In this document: piece after piece, positions 19,303-28,186 of the stretch | Layout of the letters: each line of letters begins with the position of its first letter | Position numbering within the stretch: the stretch's first letter is position 1 | From: Blastocatellia bacterium | GTDB lineage: Bacteria; Acidobacteriota; Blastocatellia; UBA7656 | Direction of reading: 5' to 3' | Length of the DNA: 50,501 nt | NCBI GenBank assembly: GCA_035537555.1 | Contig: DATLMR010000420.1 | Coordinates: forward strand, 1 to 50,501 | Position numbers and translations under genes: made by a program | The notes under the pieces: generated by a model | The model's database searches: none | The model's input: the letters and a program-made list of their open reading frames with translations, nothing else | Told to the model about the DNA's origin: nothing

Positions 19303-19482
19303 TCGCGATTTCTCCTGATTTGAAGAACGTCTGATATATCTCGAAGAAAACTAACATCGCGCTCAAGCACGTGTCAAACTTGGTCGTTCCGCCTTCGCCT
19401 CCATGTTTACCTGAACGCCGAAAATAGAGCCTGCTTTCTATTGTGAGCGGTGGAAGCGAGAGGGCGCGCTGCGGGAGGAGGT

Positions 19483-20511
19483 TTAGAAAGGCCAGTACCC
19501 TTCGATGCCCAGAGGCACGCGGAATATCTCGCTGTTAGAGGCAATGATCATGTTGCCGTGGTCATCGAAGCAGAGCCCCACGAGAGAGACTCCCGCGACC
19601 AGCATCTCGGCTTCGGCGTCAGGAGTGATTCTCAGAATGCCGCGATGGCCGCGACGGCTCGCCGCGACGTACAGGTTGCCCTCGCGGTCGAATGCCAAAC
19701 CCTGCGGCCTGCCGAGGCCCGTGAAGAACCTCGTCACGACCCCCTCGTTGCTTATCCGCATGACGGAATCGAAGCTCGAGAGCGTCGGCCCGGTGACGTA
19801 GAGGTAGCCGTCAGGGCCGAAGGCCAGGTGGAAGGCGGCCATGCTCGCCTCGACGGTGGCGAAGGTGGAGGACTCTCCGATCTCGTTTACGAGGTAGATC
19901 GTCCCGCTGCGGTCGCCCACGAACATCCTGCCTTCCGAATCGAAGGCGATCCCGGTCGCGAGCCCGAGATTGCGCGCGTGGACTTCGGCTTCCTTGAAGG
20001 GCGTGACCCGGTAGACCGAGCCGTCATAGCGGCTCGTGATGTACATCTCTCCGTCGGGACTGAAGGCGAGCCCCGTGGGGTTGATGATGTCGGTCAGGAA
20101 CGGCTCGCTTTCGCCTTCGGGCGTGAGCTTGTAAACGGAGACGGGCACTTTCTGCCCGCGAGTGCCGGAAAAAGTCGTATAGACCGCGCCGTTATCGCGG
20201 TCGTAAGCGGGACTGGCCACCGGGTGAAGGTTCTCCGCAAGCTTCTGCCCGATGATGAACGGGCGGCTCTCGCTTACGGTGCCGTTCACTTCGAGACGGA
20301 CTTCCACCTCGCCCCCGCTCATCAGGTCGATTGAAGGGATGGGCGCGATCACCCTCGTGGGCGAGGCGCTTACGGGCCGGGTATGGGCCTGGCCGAAACT
20401 CACGCGCGCCTGATCGTAGGTCGAGAAGACGAAGTCTCTGCACCCGATCACGACTTCGCCGCCTTCGACTCCGGCCCGAGGCATCAGGCTTTCGATCACC
20501 GGCTGAGCCAT
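19483..20511 (-). CDS. IPT/TIG domain + six-bladed beta-propeller (NHL / SMP-30-like) protein
   Basis: An N-terminal ~85-aa Ig-like segment, then repeated blades (GLAFSPDGEMYIT, GIAFDSEGRMFVGD, HLAFGPDGYLYVT, GLAFDREGNLYVA, GLCFDDHGNMIIA). Confidence 0.7.
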   Translation of the reverse strand: MAQPVIESLMPRAGVEGGEVVIGCRDFVFSTYDQARVSFGQAHTRPVSASPTRVIAPIPSIDLMSGGEVEVRLEVNGTVSESRPFIIGQKLAENLHPVASPAYDRDNGAVYTTFSGTRGQKVPVSVYKLTPEGESEPFLTDIINPTGLAFSPDGEMYITSRYDGSVYRVTPFKEAEVHARNLGLATGIAFDSEGRMFVGDRSGTIYLVNEIGESSTFATVEASMAAFHLAFGPDGYLYVTGPTLSSFDSVMRISNEGVVTRFFTGLGRPQGLAFDREGNLYVAASRRGHRGILRITPDAEAEMLVAGVSLVGLCFDDHGNMIIASNSEIFRVPLGIEGYWPF

Positions 20512-20636
20512 TATTATTGGTTCCCAATCCTTTCGACTCCGATTTATCGGAACGGGATTATATTACGATGAACCCGGGGGATTGTCCACAAACCGCCGAA
20601 AACCGCCCATGAGCGCATCATCCCGGGGGCGGCTCA

Positions 20637-21311
20637 TCAGAAAATCGCTTCGAGGCTTGCGATAGAGAGGTCCTCAAGGCTGTCGACGATGCAATCGGCC
20701 AGGGTCAATTCTTCTTTCGAGTATGAAGTAGTCACGGCGAGCACTCGCATGCCCGCGCGCCGGGCGGCTGCTATTCCGTGAATCGAATCTTCTATCACCA
20801 GGCACGCTTCGGGTTCGAGGTCAAAGCCCATCGCGGAGCTGAGCAGCAGGCGGGCGAGCAGGAACGGCTCGGGGTCGGGCTTGCTTTTGCTCACGTCTTC
20901 GGCGCTTACTATCGCTTCGAAGCAATCGCGCACGCCCCCGTGCTTCAGGACCAGCTCGATCTCCCTGCGAAGCGCGCCCGAGGCTACCGCCAGAGGGTAG
21001 ATCGAAGAAGCCTCGCGGATGAACTCCGCCGCGCCGGGAAAGAGCCGCAGGCGCTCTCGCATCACCGGCTCCAGGTAATCCGCCTTGCGAGCGATCAGCT
21101 CCGCGAGGCCGTCGCCGGAGAGGGCTCTGCCATTCTCTTCGTACACTCGCGTGAAAGAGCCCCGGTCGTCGAGCGCGAGGAAACGGGCATAATACTCTTC
21201 GCGGGATAAAGAGAGCCCTTCCTCTTCGAGGACTCTTTGAAACGCGGCCAGGTGCAAAGGCTCCGTATCGGCGATGACTCCGTCACAGTCGAAAATTATT
21301 GCTCTTAACAT
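20637..21311 (-). CDS. HAD-superfamily hydrolase (beta-phosphoglucomutase-like subfamily IA)
   Basis: IIFDCDGVIADTE (DxD motif) and a C-terminal EDS..G..AA..AG pattern. I chose the internal Met at 21311; the ORF is open to 21371. Confidence 0.8.
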   Translation of the reverse strand: MLRAIIFDCDGVIADTEPLHLAAFQRVLEEEGLSLSREEYYARFLALDDRGSFTRVYEENGRALSGDGLAELIARKADYLEPVMRERLRLFPGAAEFIREASSIYPLAVASGALRREIELVLKHGGVRDCFEAIVSAEDVSKSKPDPEPFLLARLLLSSAMGFDLEPEACLVIEDSIHGIAAARRAGMRVLAVTTSYSKEELTLADCIVDSLEDLSIASLEAIF

Positions 21312-21437
21312 ACGGGGTATTTTAGCCGATCGGGGGCGGCAGGGAAGGCCGAAAAAAAGGCGATGGGCCAATCCCGTCGAGAATGGCCCATCGCGCTGGC
21401 GGGATAGAAGATCAAGGAGAGTGCCGGTCGATATCTA

Positions 21438-22118
21438 CTACTGCTGCGGCTTCTGCTGGCGAGACCGGGAGGCGAGCTGTTTGAGCGCCTGTTCCGCTTC
21501 TTCCTTGGTCACGGAGCCGTCCTTGCTCAGGTCGAGGGCGGTGAACGTGCGCTCGTTGCCCATCTCTTCGGCCGTTATCTTTCCGTCTTTGTTCTTATCG
21601 TACTTCTCGAAGAGGTTATTGACCTCCACGCCCCCGGTCGCCTGCGCCTGCGCCTCGCTTATGGCCTGGAAGAACCTCCCCAGCTCTTCCTGGCTGAGGT
21701 CGCCGCTCTTGTCTTTGTCGAGGGCGTCAAAAATCTGAGTGATCCTTGCGAACTCCTCGCGTGAAACCTTCGCGTCGGCATTCGAATCCATGAATTTTGC
21801 GAGCGTGTCGCTGAACCTCTGGGTGCTTCCCGTGCGGCCGCGCGCGCGGGACCACTCTTCCGCATCGATGAAGCCGTCTTTGTTCTCGTCTATGCGGTCG
21901 AAGTACTGCGAGGGCATGCGGCTCGGGAATTCGTCGCGCGAGAGCTTCTTGTCTTTGTTCTTATCCATGTCGTCGAAGCTCGGCATCTGGAATCGCCCGC
22001 TGCTTGCGCCCGGCGGCGGACCGCCCGGTCCCTGGGGAGGCGTCTCCTGCGCGCTGGCTATCGCGACGCCTGCCGCGAAGACCAGCAGAAAGTTTACTGC
22101 TCGAAACAACTTCTTCAT
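21438..22118 (-). CDS. Secreted multi-EF-hand calcium-binding protein
   Basis: Signal peptide (AIASAQ) and six DxDxDG-type loops (DKNKDKKLSRDEF, DENKDGFIDAEEW, DSNADAKVSREEF, DKDKSGDLSQEEL, DKNKDGKITAEEM, DLSKDGSVTKEEA). Confidence 0.85.
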   Translation of the reverse strand: MKKLFRAVNFLLVFAAGVAIASAQETPPQGPGGPPPGASSGRFQMPSFDDMDKNKDKKLSRDEFPSRMPSQYFDRIDENKDGFIDAEEWSRARGRTGSTQRFSDTLAKFMDSNADAKVSREEFARITQIFDALDKDKSGDLSQEELGRFFQAISEAQAQATGGVEVNNLFEKYDKNKDGKITAEEMGNERTFTALDLSKDGSVTKEEAEQALKQLASRSRQQKPQQ

Positions 22119-22139
22119 CTTTTTTCTCCTGCCGCCGAA

Positions 22140-25100
22140 CTAGAAGCTGAACCGGAGCGACGCTTCGATTCTGCGCGGCTCAAAAGCGCTGTTGGCCCTG
22201 CCGAAATTGGGCGAGGTAAGCACTCCGTTGTACCCTCTGAAGTTCGTATGGTTAAAAATATTTCTGATCCCGATGCTGAAAGTAAGATTGTAGGCCGAGC
22301 GGGAATCGCCGAAGCCCCCGCCCATGCCTCCGAAGCCTCCACGACCCGCGAAGCCTCCGCCAAAATTGCCCCCGCCCGCATTGCCGCCCCGGTTCCCGCG
22401 CGCCTGATTGCCGCGCTGGGCCTGGCCGCGTTGATTCTGGCCGGGCTGGTTCTGAGCCTGTTGGGTCTGGCCCTGTTGCCCCTGAGCCTGCCCGCCCTGC
22501 GGGCCGGTTGGACCGGCGGACTGGCCGGTCTGAGCGTTACGGGTCGCGGCCCTTCCCTGGAACCCTCCGCGCGGCGCGCCGAAGCCCCAGGTCTTGGCCG
22601 CGTTTATATTGACCGAGACGAATCCCGGGTTCTGCCCGAAGTTGCGCGGAATTATCTGGTCGCCCGGCCCCGGGTTCGGGTTGAATATTCCGTATCTCGT
22701 CACGACGGCGTCGGGGTCCCCGGCGTTCGCGAACGCCGGGCGGTCATTGAAGAACGTATCCCGGTTGTTATCGCGTCCCGTCGTGATGTTGAAGGGTGCG
22801 CCCGAGCGAAGCTCGATGAAAGAGCTGATGTACGTATTCCAGGGCATGGAAGCGGTGCCCGTGATGAACGCCTGATGGCGAATATCATTGCTGACTCGCC
22901 CGTACTCGGTTGAAAGGTCGTAGGAGTTTGCCGGGAGGAGCCCGGAGTTCCTCAAGTCCGAGTTGCCTCGCGTCGAGGCGAGAGTGTAGAAGCCGAAGAA
23001 CCTGTACCTCTGGCCGATGGAGCCCCGCGCCTGAAGCCTCAGCTCATGCCTGTCGACCAGGCCCGTCGATTCGTACTGGAGGATCGGCCCTTCCCCGGGA
23101 AAGGGGAGGACCAGCCCGTCTCCTTCGTCCGTAAGCAGCGGCGAGTTGATGTTGCGCGAGCGCAGCAGGTGGACCCCTCGCAGGAAGGTGTACGTGGCGG
23201 AGCTGAAGAGGGCCTTCGTGAACTGCCGCTCATAGCCGATGCTCGACATGATAGTGTAAGGGGCGTTCAAGCCTCCGGACTTGATTCTAATAGTCGGCTG
23301 CCTGCGGTCCGTCCCCTCGAAAGTGGCGGGAATGCTCTCGAAGAAGCTGGGCTGGTTGATTACGAAATTCTGCTGCCTATCCCCGTCGAACCTGAGCGTG
23401 CTCGTCGTAATTCCGGTGTCGAGGCGCGTGTAAAATACGCCCGCCGCCGCGCGGACGACGCTCTTCTTCTTCTTATCCGGCACCCACGCGAGGCCGACGC
23501 GCGGAGCCAGGTTCAGCTTGTCTTCGAGCTGGGTCTGGAAATCGTGGCGAAGCCCATAAGAGAGAGTCAGGCGGTCTGACACCTTCCAGTCGGCCTGGGC
23601 GAACCAGCTCAGCTCCCACTGCGTGAGGCCCACGAAGGGGTCGCCCCGGTTTATCGAGAACTGCGACGGCCTGTATCCCGGAACGCCCTGTAGGACGCGG
23701 CGATAGCGCTCAAGTGGCGTGATCGGTATCTGGCTCCCGGACGAGTCGAGGACCGCATTTCCGAGTGCGTCGCGCTCCACGTCCGAGCCGAACGTGAAAG
23801 TGCCGCCGAAGTTCGAGCGGTCGGTGTTCTCTATGTGGAAGGCCTCGGCCCTGACGCCCGCCTTGATTGTGTGCTTGTTGTGCGTATAGGTCAGGAGATC
23901 GTTGAACTCGAGGCTGTCGGTTCGAGTGCTATTGAAGAGCGAGCCCTGATTGCCTCCCGCATTGAAGGAATCGAGCACGATGACTGCCGTCGCGTCGCTC
24001 AACGCCTCCAGAGCCGAATTGCGCCTGGTGAGCTGTAGGCGCATCTCGTTTACGGACCTCTCCGTCGCGATCGTCGTCAGAGAGAACCTGAGCGTGTGCT
24101 CATTCGTCTGGCTTTCGAACCGGCGCTCGGGCAGGTCGAATCCGCTGTTGAGATTCGACCAGTTCCTGCTGTTGTAGCGGTACTGGAAGCCCAGAGTGTG
24201 CTTGCTGGTCGCGAGCACGTCCGTCCGTAGCGAGATGTTATTCGTGCGGCTGGGTGAAGCGAGAGAGGCGGTGAAAGGCTCCGGCAGAAACGTGATCGGG
24301 TTCAGTATGGTGGCGTTCACCACGTCGTTCTCGTCCTGCTCACGCCGGTCCACGTCCAAAAAGAAGCCCCACCTGTTGCGGATGATCGGCCCGCTGAAAT
24401 TCCCGTTGTAGTTTCGCACCTGAAGGGGCGCGCGGGAGGGCGCGAAGGGGTCGCGCGCGTTGAGCGATTCGTCAAAGAAGCCCAGCCTGAAGCCCCCGTG
24501 AAACGTGTCCGTGCCCGGCTTCGTGATGATCTCTATGCGGGCATTCCCCGGCTCCGAGAACTCGGCCGCGTACGGGTTGGAATTGATGCGAATCATCTGG
24601 ATCGACTCTTTGGGAGGTATGCGCCCGCGCTCGCGGAAGCCGCCCACGTAGATCGCCGCGTCGTCTCCCCCGCCCGCGCCCGCCATCTGGCGGAGCGTGT
24701 CGAGCAGCTCGTCGGGGTCGTCCGGCAGCGCCTCAAGGTCCTTCTCGTTCAGCGTCACCGCCGAGAGGTTCTTGTCCGGCTCGCTCGATATGCCCGCCGC
24801 GTCATTTTTCACTTCGACCTGATCCGCGATGAAGACCCGCAGGCTGATGTCGAAGGGGGCCGCCTGCCGCGAAGTCAGGGATACCTCTTCGGCGAACGGG
24901 GCGAAGCCTTCCATCTCGACCGTGATCTTGTACGCGCCGGGCTTGATCCCCCTGAACGAATACCGCCCTCTCTCGTCGGTCGCCGTCGAGTACTTCTGCC
25001 CTTGCCCATCTTCGAGCGAGACCGGCACCGCGACCATGTAAGCGCCGGTCTCGTCCGTCACCGTGCCGTGCAGCTCGACCGCGCTTTGCGCCTGGCCGAG

Positions 25101-25163
25101 CGCCGGTGCGAAATGGATCAGCAATAAAAGGATGCTGAGAAATATCGAAGCTGTTTTTTTCAT
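22140..25163 (-). CDS. TonB-dependent-receptor-like outer membrane beta-barrel with N-terminal CarboxypepD_reg domain
   Basis: Signal peptide, a CarboxypepD_reg-like segment (GTVTDETGAY...RGRYSFRGIKPGAYKITVEMEGF) and a long beta-rich body ending in terminal Phe (IEASLRFSF). A 91-aa Q/G/N/R-rich insert lies near the C-terminus. Confidence 0.8.
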   Translation of the reverse strand: MKKTASIFLSILLLLIHFAPALGQAQSAVELHGTVTDETGAYMVAVPVSLEDGQGQKYSTATDERGRYSFRGIKPGAYKITVEMEGFAPFAEEVSLTSRQAAPFDISLRVFIADQVEVKNDAAGISSEPDKNLSAVTLNEKDLEALPDDPDELLDTLRQMAGAGGGDDAAIYVGGFRERGRIPPKESIQMIRINSNPYAAEFSEPGNARIEIITKPGTDTFHGGFRLGFFDESLNARDPFAPSRAPLQVRNYNGNFSGPIIRNRWGFFLDVDRREQDENDVVNATILNPITFLPEPFTASLASPSRTNNISLRTDVLATSKHTLGFQYRYNSRNWSNLNSGFDLPERRFESQTNEHTLRFSLTTIATERSVNEMRLQLTRRNSALEALSDATAVIVLDSFNAGGNQGSLFNSTRTDSLEFNDLLTYTHNKHTIKAGVRAEAFHIENTDRSNFGGTFTFGSDVERDALGNAVLDSSGSQIPITPLERYRRVLQGVPGYRPSQFSINRGDPFVGLTQWELSWFAQADWKVSDRLTLSYGLRHDFQTQLEDKLNLAPRVGLAWVPDKKKKSVVRAAAGVFYTRLDTGITTSTLRFDGDRQQNFVINQPSFFESIPATFEGTDRRQPTIRIKSGGLNAPYTIMSSIGYERQFTKALFSSATYTFLRGVHLLRSRNINSPLLTDEGDGLVLPFPGEGPILQYESTGLVDRHELRLQARGSIGQRYRFFGFYTLASTRGNSDLRNSGLLPANSYDLSTEYGRVSNDIRHQAFITGTASMPWNTYISSFIELRSGAPFNITTGRDNNRDTFFNDRPAFANAGDPDAVVTRYGIFNPNPGPGDQIIPRNFGQNPGFVSVNINAAKTWGFGAPRGGFQGRAATRNAQTGQSAGPTGPQGGQAQGQQGQTQQAQNQPGQNQRGQAQRGNQARGNRGGNAGGGNFGGGFAGRGGFGGMGGGFGDSRSAYNLTFSIGIRNIFNHTNFRGYNGVLTSPNFGRANSAFEPRRIEASLRFSF

Positions 25164-25236
25164 GACTCTTTTTTACTCGCGCCGCCTGCGTGTCGATTGA
25201 TCCGGAGCGACTCCTGCGTCCCGGAGATTACCGCCC

Positions 25237-25662
25237 TCAATTCTTGTTCAGCTTTTCGCGCTTGAGGTCGTTCTCTTTGACCATCTCCTCGAACCTGGGC
25301 AACTGCTCGGGAGTCAGAACGGCGCGAATGCGGTCCCTCGACTTATGTCGCTCTTCATCGAAGCGCGGCTTGAAGTCCTTGATGCGCGGCTCCATCTCTT
25401 TCCTGATCTCGTTGTAGTGGTCGAACGTCTCGTCGAGAATCCGGCTTATCGAGTTCTGCTGCTCGGAGGTGAGGCCCAGCTTCTGGTTCATCCGCCTGAC
25501 GATCTGGTCCTGCGGCCTGTCATCGGACTCCGACTGATAGGCTTCCGGACCCGACGAGCGCTGGTAGAGATTCATCGATAACGCGCCCGCCGTAAAGCCG
25601 ATGACGAAGACCGCCAGCACGATCAGCCGGGCCTTGCTTTGTCTGGGCAACCTACTTTCCAT
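25237..25662 (-). CDS. Periplasmic LTxxQ-motif protein (Spy/CpxP family)
   Basis: N-terminal anchor/signal and two LTxxQ motifs (LGLTSEQQ, LTPEQL). It overlaps the anti-sigma gene by 11 nt. Confidence 0.7.
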   Translation of the reverse strand: MESRLPRQSKARLIVLAVFVIGFTAGALSMNLYQRSSGPEAYQSESDDRPQDQIVRRMNQKLGLTSEQQNSISRILDETFDHYNEIRKEMEPRIKDFKPRFDEERHKSRDRIRAVLTPEQLPRFEEMVKENDLKREKLNKN

Positions 25663-26200
25663 TCTCTTTTTCCTCCACGGCCACTAACGTTTCGAGCACG
25701 TCGTCGGCCGTCGGCGCCGGGTAATCGTAAATGTCATTGAACAACACGCGCTCGCTCAGACGGACAGCCGCCCGCTCCGAGGCCGGAGGCTGTTCCCTGC
25801 GGATGAGAGTCGCGCCTATGATAAACAACAGCAGCAAAGCCATGGCCGGGATAAGCTGGCGTGAGGTGAGCAGCAGCACGGCAGCCCAGGAATCATCCGG
25901 AGCGGGGCGGCCTGCCTGCGCGCTTTCGGAACCCCGTTCGAGCCGCGCGCGCAGGGCCACGAAGAAATCGTCTCCCGGGACGAGAGGCTCTCTGGCCCCC
26001 GCAAAATCGAGAACCGCGCCTGCGAGAGACTCGGTCCTGTATTTAAAGGAGCAGTCTTCGCACCCTTTCAGATGCCTTTCGAGATCCGCGCGGCGGCTGG
26101 AGATGCTTTCATTACCCGCCGATTCATCGGGCGCGGCCGCAATGAGCTTTCGCGCCCGCCTGCATCCGATATCCCGGTCTTTATCCGTATGCATGTTCAT
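25652..26200 (-). CDS. Anti-sigma factor (zf-HC2 type), single-pass membrane
   Basis: HLKGCEDCSF (Hx3Cx2C) plus a TM helix (LIPAMALLLLFIIGATLI). It has a 4-nt ATGA overlap with the upstream sigma gene. Confidence 0.75.
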   Translation of the reverse strand: MNMHTDKDRDIGCRRARKLIAAAPDESAGNESISSRRADLERHLKGCEDCSFKYRTESLAGAVLDFAGAREPLVPGDDFFVALRARLERGSESAQAGRPAPDDSWAAVLLLTSRQLIPAMALLLLFIIGATLIRREQPPASERAAVRLSERVLFNDIYDYPAPTADDVLETLVAVEEKENGK

Positions 26201-26952
26201 TTATTATTCCTCTGCTTCCGTTCGGCGCTCATCATCAAGCGCTTCATCGCCGCTCGAAGCGCCCGCCGCGCGCGAAATGCTCGCACCTTGATCTTCGATT
26301 GCCCCCACCCGGTCATCTCTGCCACATCCTTGACCGAATAGCCGTCCCTGTCGATAAGCACCAGAACCAGCCTGTCTTCGGGATCAAGCCTGCTCAACAG
26401 CCGCTCCGATATCTCCGCCGCCTCGCGCTGGCGCTCGGCGCTCGCGTGCCGCTCGGTCGCGGCTTCAAGCATCTGAAGCTCCAGCCAGTCGTCTTCCTGC
26501 TCCGCGCTTCGGGGCATCTGGTACTCGATGCGGCGGCGCTGGGCCCTGAGGTGGTCGTAGCAGGCGTTGACGGCTATCCGAGCCACCCAGGCTTCAAAAG
26601 AGCGCCCGAGCGTGAAGCTTCGAAGGGAGAAGAAGGCCTTGGCGAATACTTCCTGCCCGATGTCTTCTACCATGTCCCGGCGGCGGAAAAAGCTGCCGAC
26701 GATGTTGAAGACGCGCGCCGTGTGGCGGCGGACCAGCACCTCGAAAGCGTCCTGATCTCCCGCGAGGCTCTTGAGTATAAGGTCGTCTTCGCTCGGCACG
26801 CGGGCCGATTCGTCCACGTCGAGTACGAAGCCATCCGGAATTTCCGGCGAACTCTCCTCCTCGACGGTGAAGCTTTCGGTCAGAGTGCCTTGAACCGCGG
26901 AGTGTGCGGTCGGTTCATCCGCTTGCAACTGGCCCTTACGCTCGATTCGCAA
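26197..26952 (-). CDS. ECF-type RNA polymerase sigma-70 family factor
   Basis: Region 2 (DAFEVLVRRHTARVFNIV ... DIGQEVFAKAF) and region 4 HTH (YSVKDVAEMTGWGQSKIKVRAFRARRAL). The ~55-aa acidic N-terminal extension makes the true start uncertain. Confidence 0.85.
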   Translation of the reverse strand: MRIERKGQLQADEPTAHSAVQGTLTESFTVEEESSPEIPDGFVLDVDESARVPSEDDLILKSLAGDQDAFEVLVRRHTARVFNIVGSFFRRRDMVEDIGQEVFAKAFFSLRSFTLGRSFEAWVARIAVNACYDHLRAQRRRIEYQMPRSAEQEDDWLELQMLEAATERHASAERQREAAEISERLLSRLDPEDRLVLVLIDRDGYSVKDVAEMTGWGQSKIKVRAFRARRALRAAMKRLMMSAERKQRNNK

Positions 26953-27017
26953 ACGCGTGTTCGTCCCTTCGCTTCCGGTCTTGAGCGGTCCTGCTCCGGT
27001 TGACTTTCTTTTTAGCC

Positions 27018-27041
27018 AACGTCTTAACGTTAACTTTGTTC
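27018..27041 (-). promoter_or_regulatory. ECF-type promoter candidate (GAAC-N16-CGTT) upstream of the ECF sigma operon
   Basis: On the minus strand: GAAC (27041-27038), a 16-nt spacer, then CGTT (27021-27018), about 65 nt upstream of the annotated start. Motif-level match only. Confidence 0.3.
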
Positions 27042-27437
27042 GGCGTTTTCATCAACCTGCCCGCTCGACGGCGCGAAGCCTGCAAAGAACATTTCCAGCC
27101 GCGCGATCGATTGACGGCCCTCCCTGGAGCTAACGACACCCTCGGATATTGCGGTCCCGTGGCCTCCGCTTATATAGACGGAAGCCCGGGATCGTTGGTT
27201 ACGGAAATAAATGACCCGGGCCGTCACCGGATCGCCCCGAAGCCCGCATAACTTATGGACTAAGCGCGCGCCTTGCGACAGACCCGCGCGCCTCGCCCCG
27301 GGCTCGGAGCCTCTCGTTCGCGCCCCCTTCCGCCCTATGACGGGAAAGACAGATATATTGAGCAATGTTCGTGTTGCCAATCACCGGAGCGGTTCACTAC
27401 AATTGCTTGCGAAATTGCAGAGACGAGTGATGAGCCG

Positions 27438-28139
27438 ATGCCCTTTCCCGAAGCCGCGCGGGTTGAACTCCCGATATTACAGGAACTGGAAGCCACGGGA
27501 GGCAGCGACCAGCTCCGCTACCTCTACGGTCGGCTCGCGCGTCACTTTCCCCAGTTGACGCCCGAGGACCTCGGCGGGCGCGGCCGATGGCGGTTCGTGG
27601 TGCAGCGGGCAGGCAGCCAGCTTGTAGAGAAGGGGGACATGCGCCGGGAGCGCGCGAACTGGGTACTCACGGAGAAAGGGCGGAAGAGGGTCGAGGCGGA
27701 AGCCATGCGCTTGACGCCGCCTCACGCGCCGGTTGAAGGGCAGGGTCGCGCGGTCACGCATTCCGAAGCTCAGGAGATGCTCGTCGAAGTGGGACTGGCG
27801 CTCGGCTTTCACGCGGAGGCGGAATTCGAGTATTACGACGTCGTATGGCGCGAGGCTCCGTCGGCTCCCCGGCTCAGCCACGTCTTCGAAGTGCAGGTGG
27901 CCGGCAGCGTCGACAGCGCGCTCACGAGGCTGAAGCAGGCCTTCGACCTGCAACGCTCGCGCCTGTTCCTGGTCATCGCCGACGAGCGGGCGGGCAGGTT
28001 CGCGGACCGCCGGCTCGCCGGCTCTTTTCATGAGATATGGGATGAAGTGATCGTGATCGGCGTCGGCGAGCTGAAGCGATTTTATGATTCGATCAACGAG
28101 AATCGAGACCTTTTGGCAAGGCTGATCGGCAACAGGTGA
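27438..28139 (+). CDS. Mrr_N-like winged-helix + PD-(D/E)xK-like (restriction-endonuclease-fold) protein
   Basis: The N-terminal ~90 aa (LPILQELEATGG...WRFVVQRAGSQLVEKGDMRRERANWVLTEKG) match the Mrr N-terminal wHTH pattern. The C-terminus has E110, YYD134VVW and FE151VQ153V spaced like a nuclease core. The Met at 27438 is chosen over the Arg/Pro-rich upstream extension. Confidence 0.55.
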   Translation: MPFPEAARVELPILQELEATGGSDQLRYLYGRLARHFPQLTPEDLGGRGRWRFVVQRAGSQLVEKGDMRRERANWVLTEKGRKRVEAEAMRLTPPHAPVEGQGRAVTHSEAQEMLVEVGLALGFHAEAEFEYYDVVWREAPSAPRLSHVFEVQVAGSVDSALTRLKQAFDLQRSRLFLVIADERAGRFADRRLAGSFHEIWDEVIVIGVGELKRFYDSINENRDLLARLIGNR

Positions 28140-28186
28140 GCCTTGGGCACCGGCAATCCGGCAATGAAATTCTCGTCGCCTTAATT

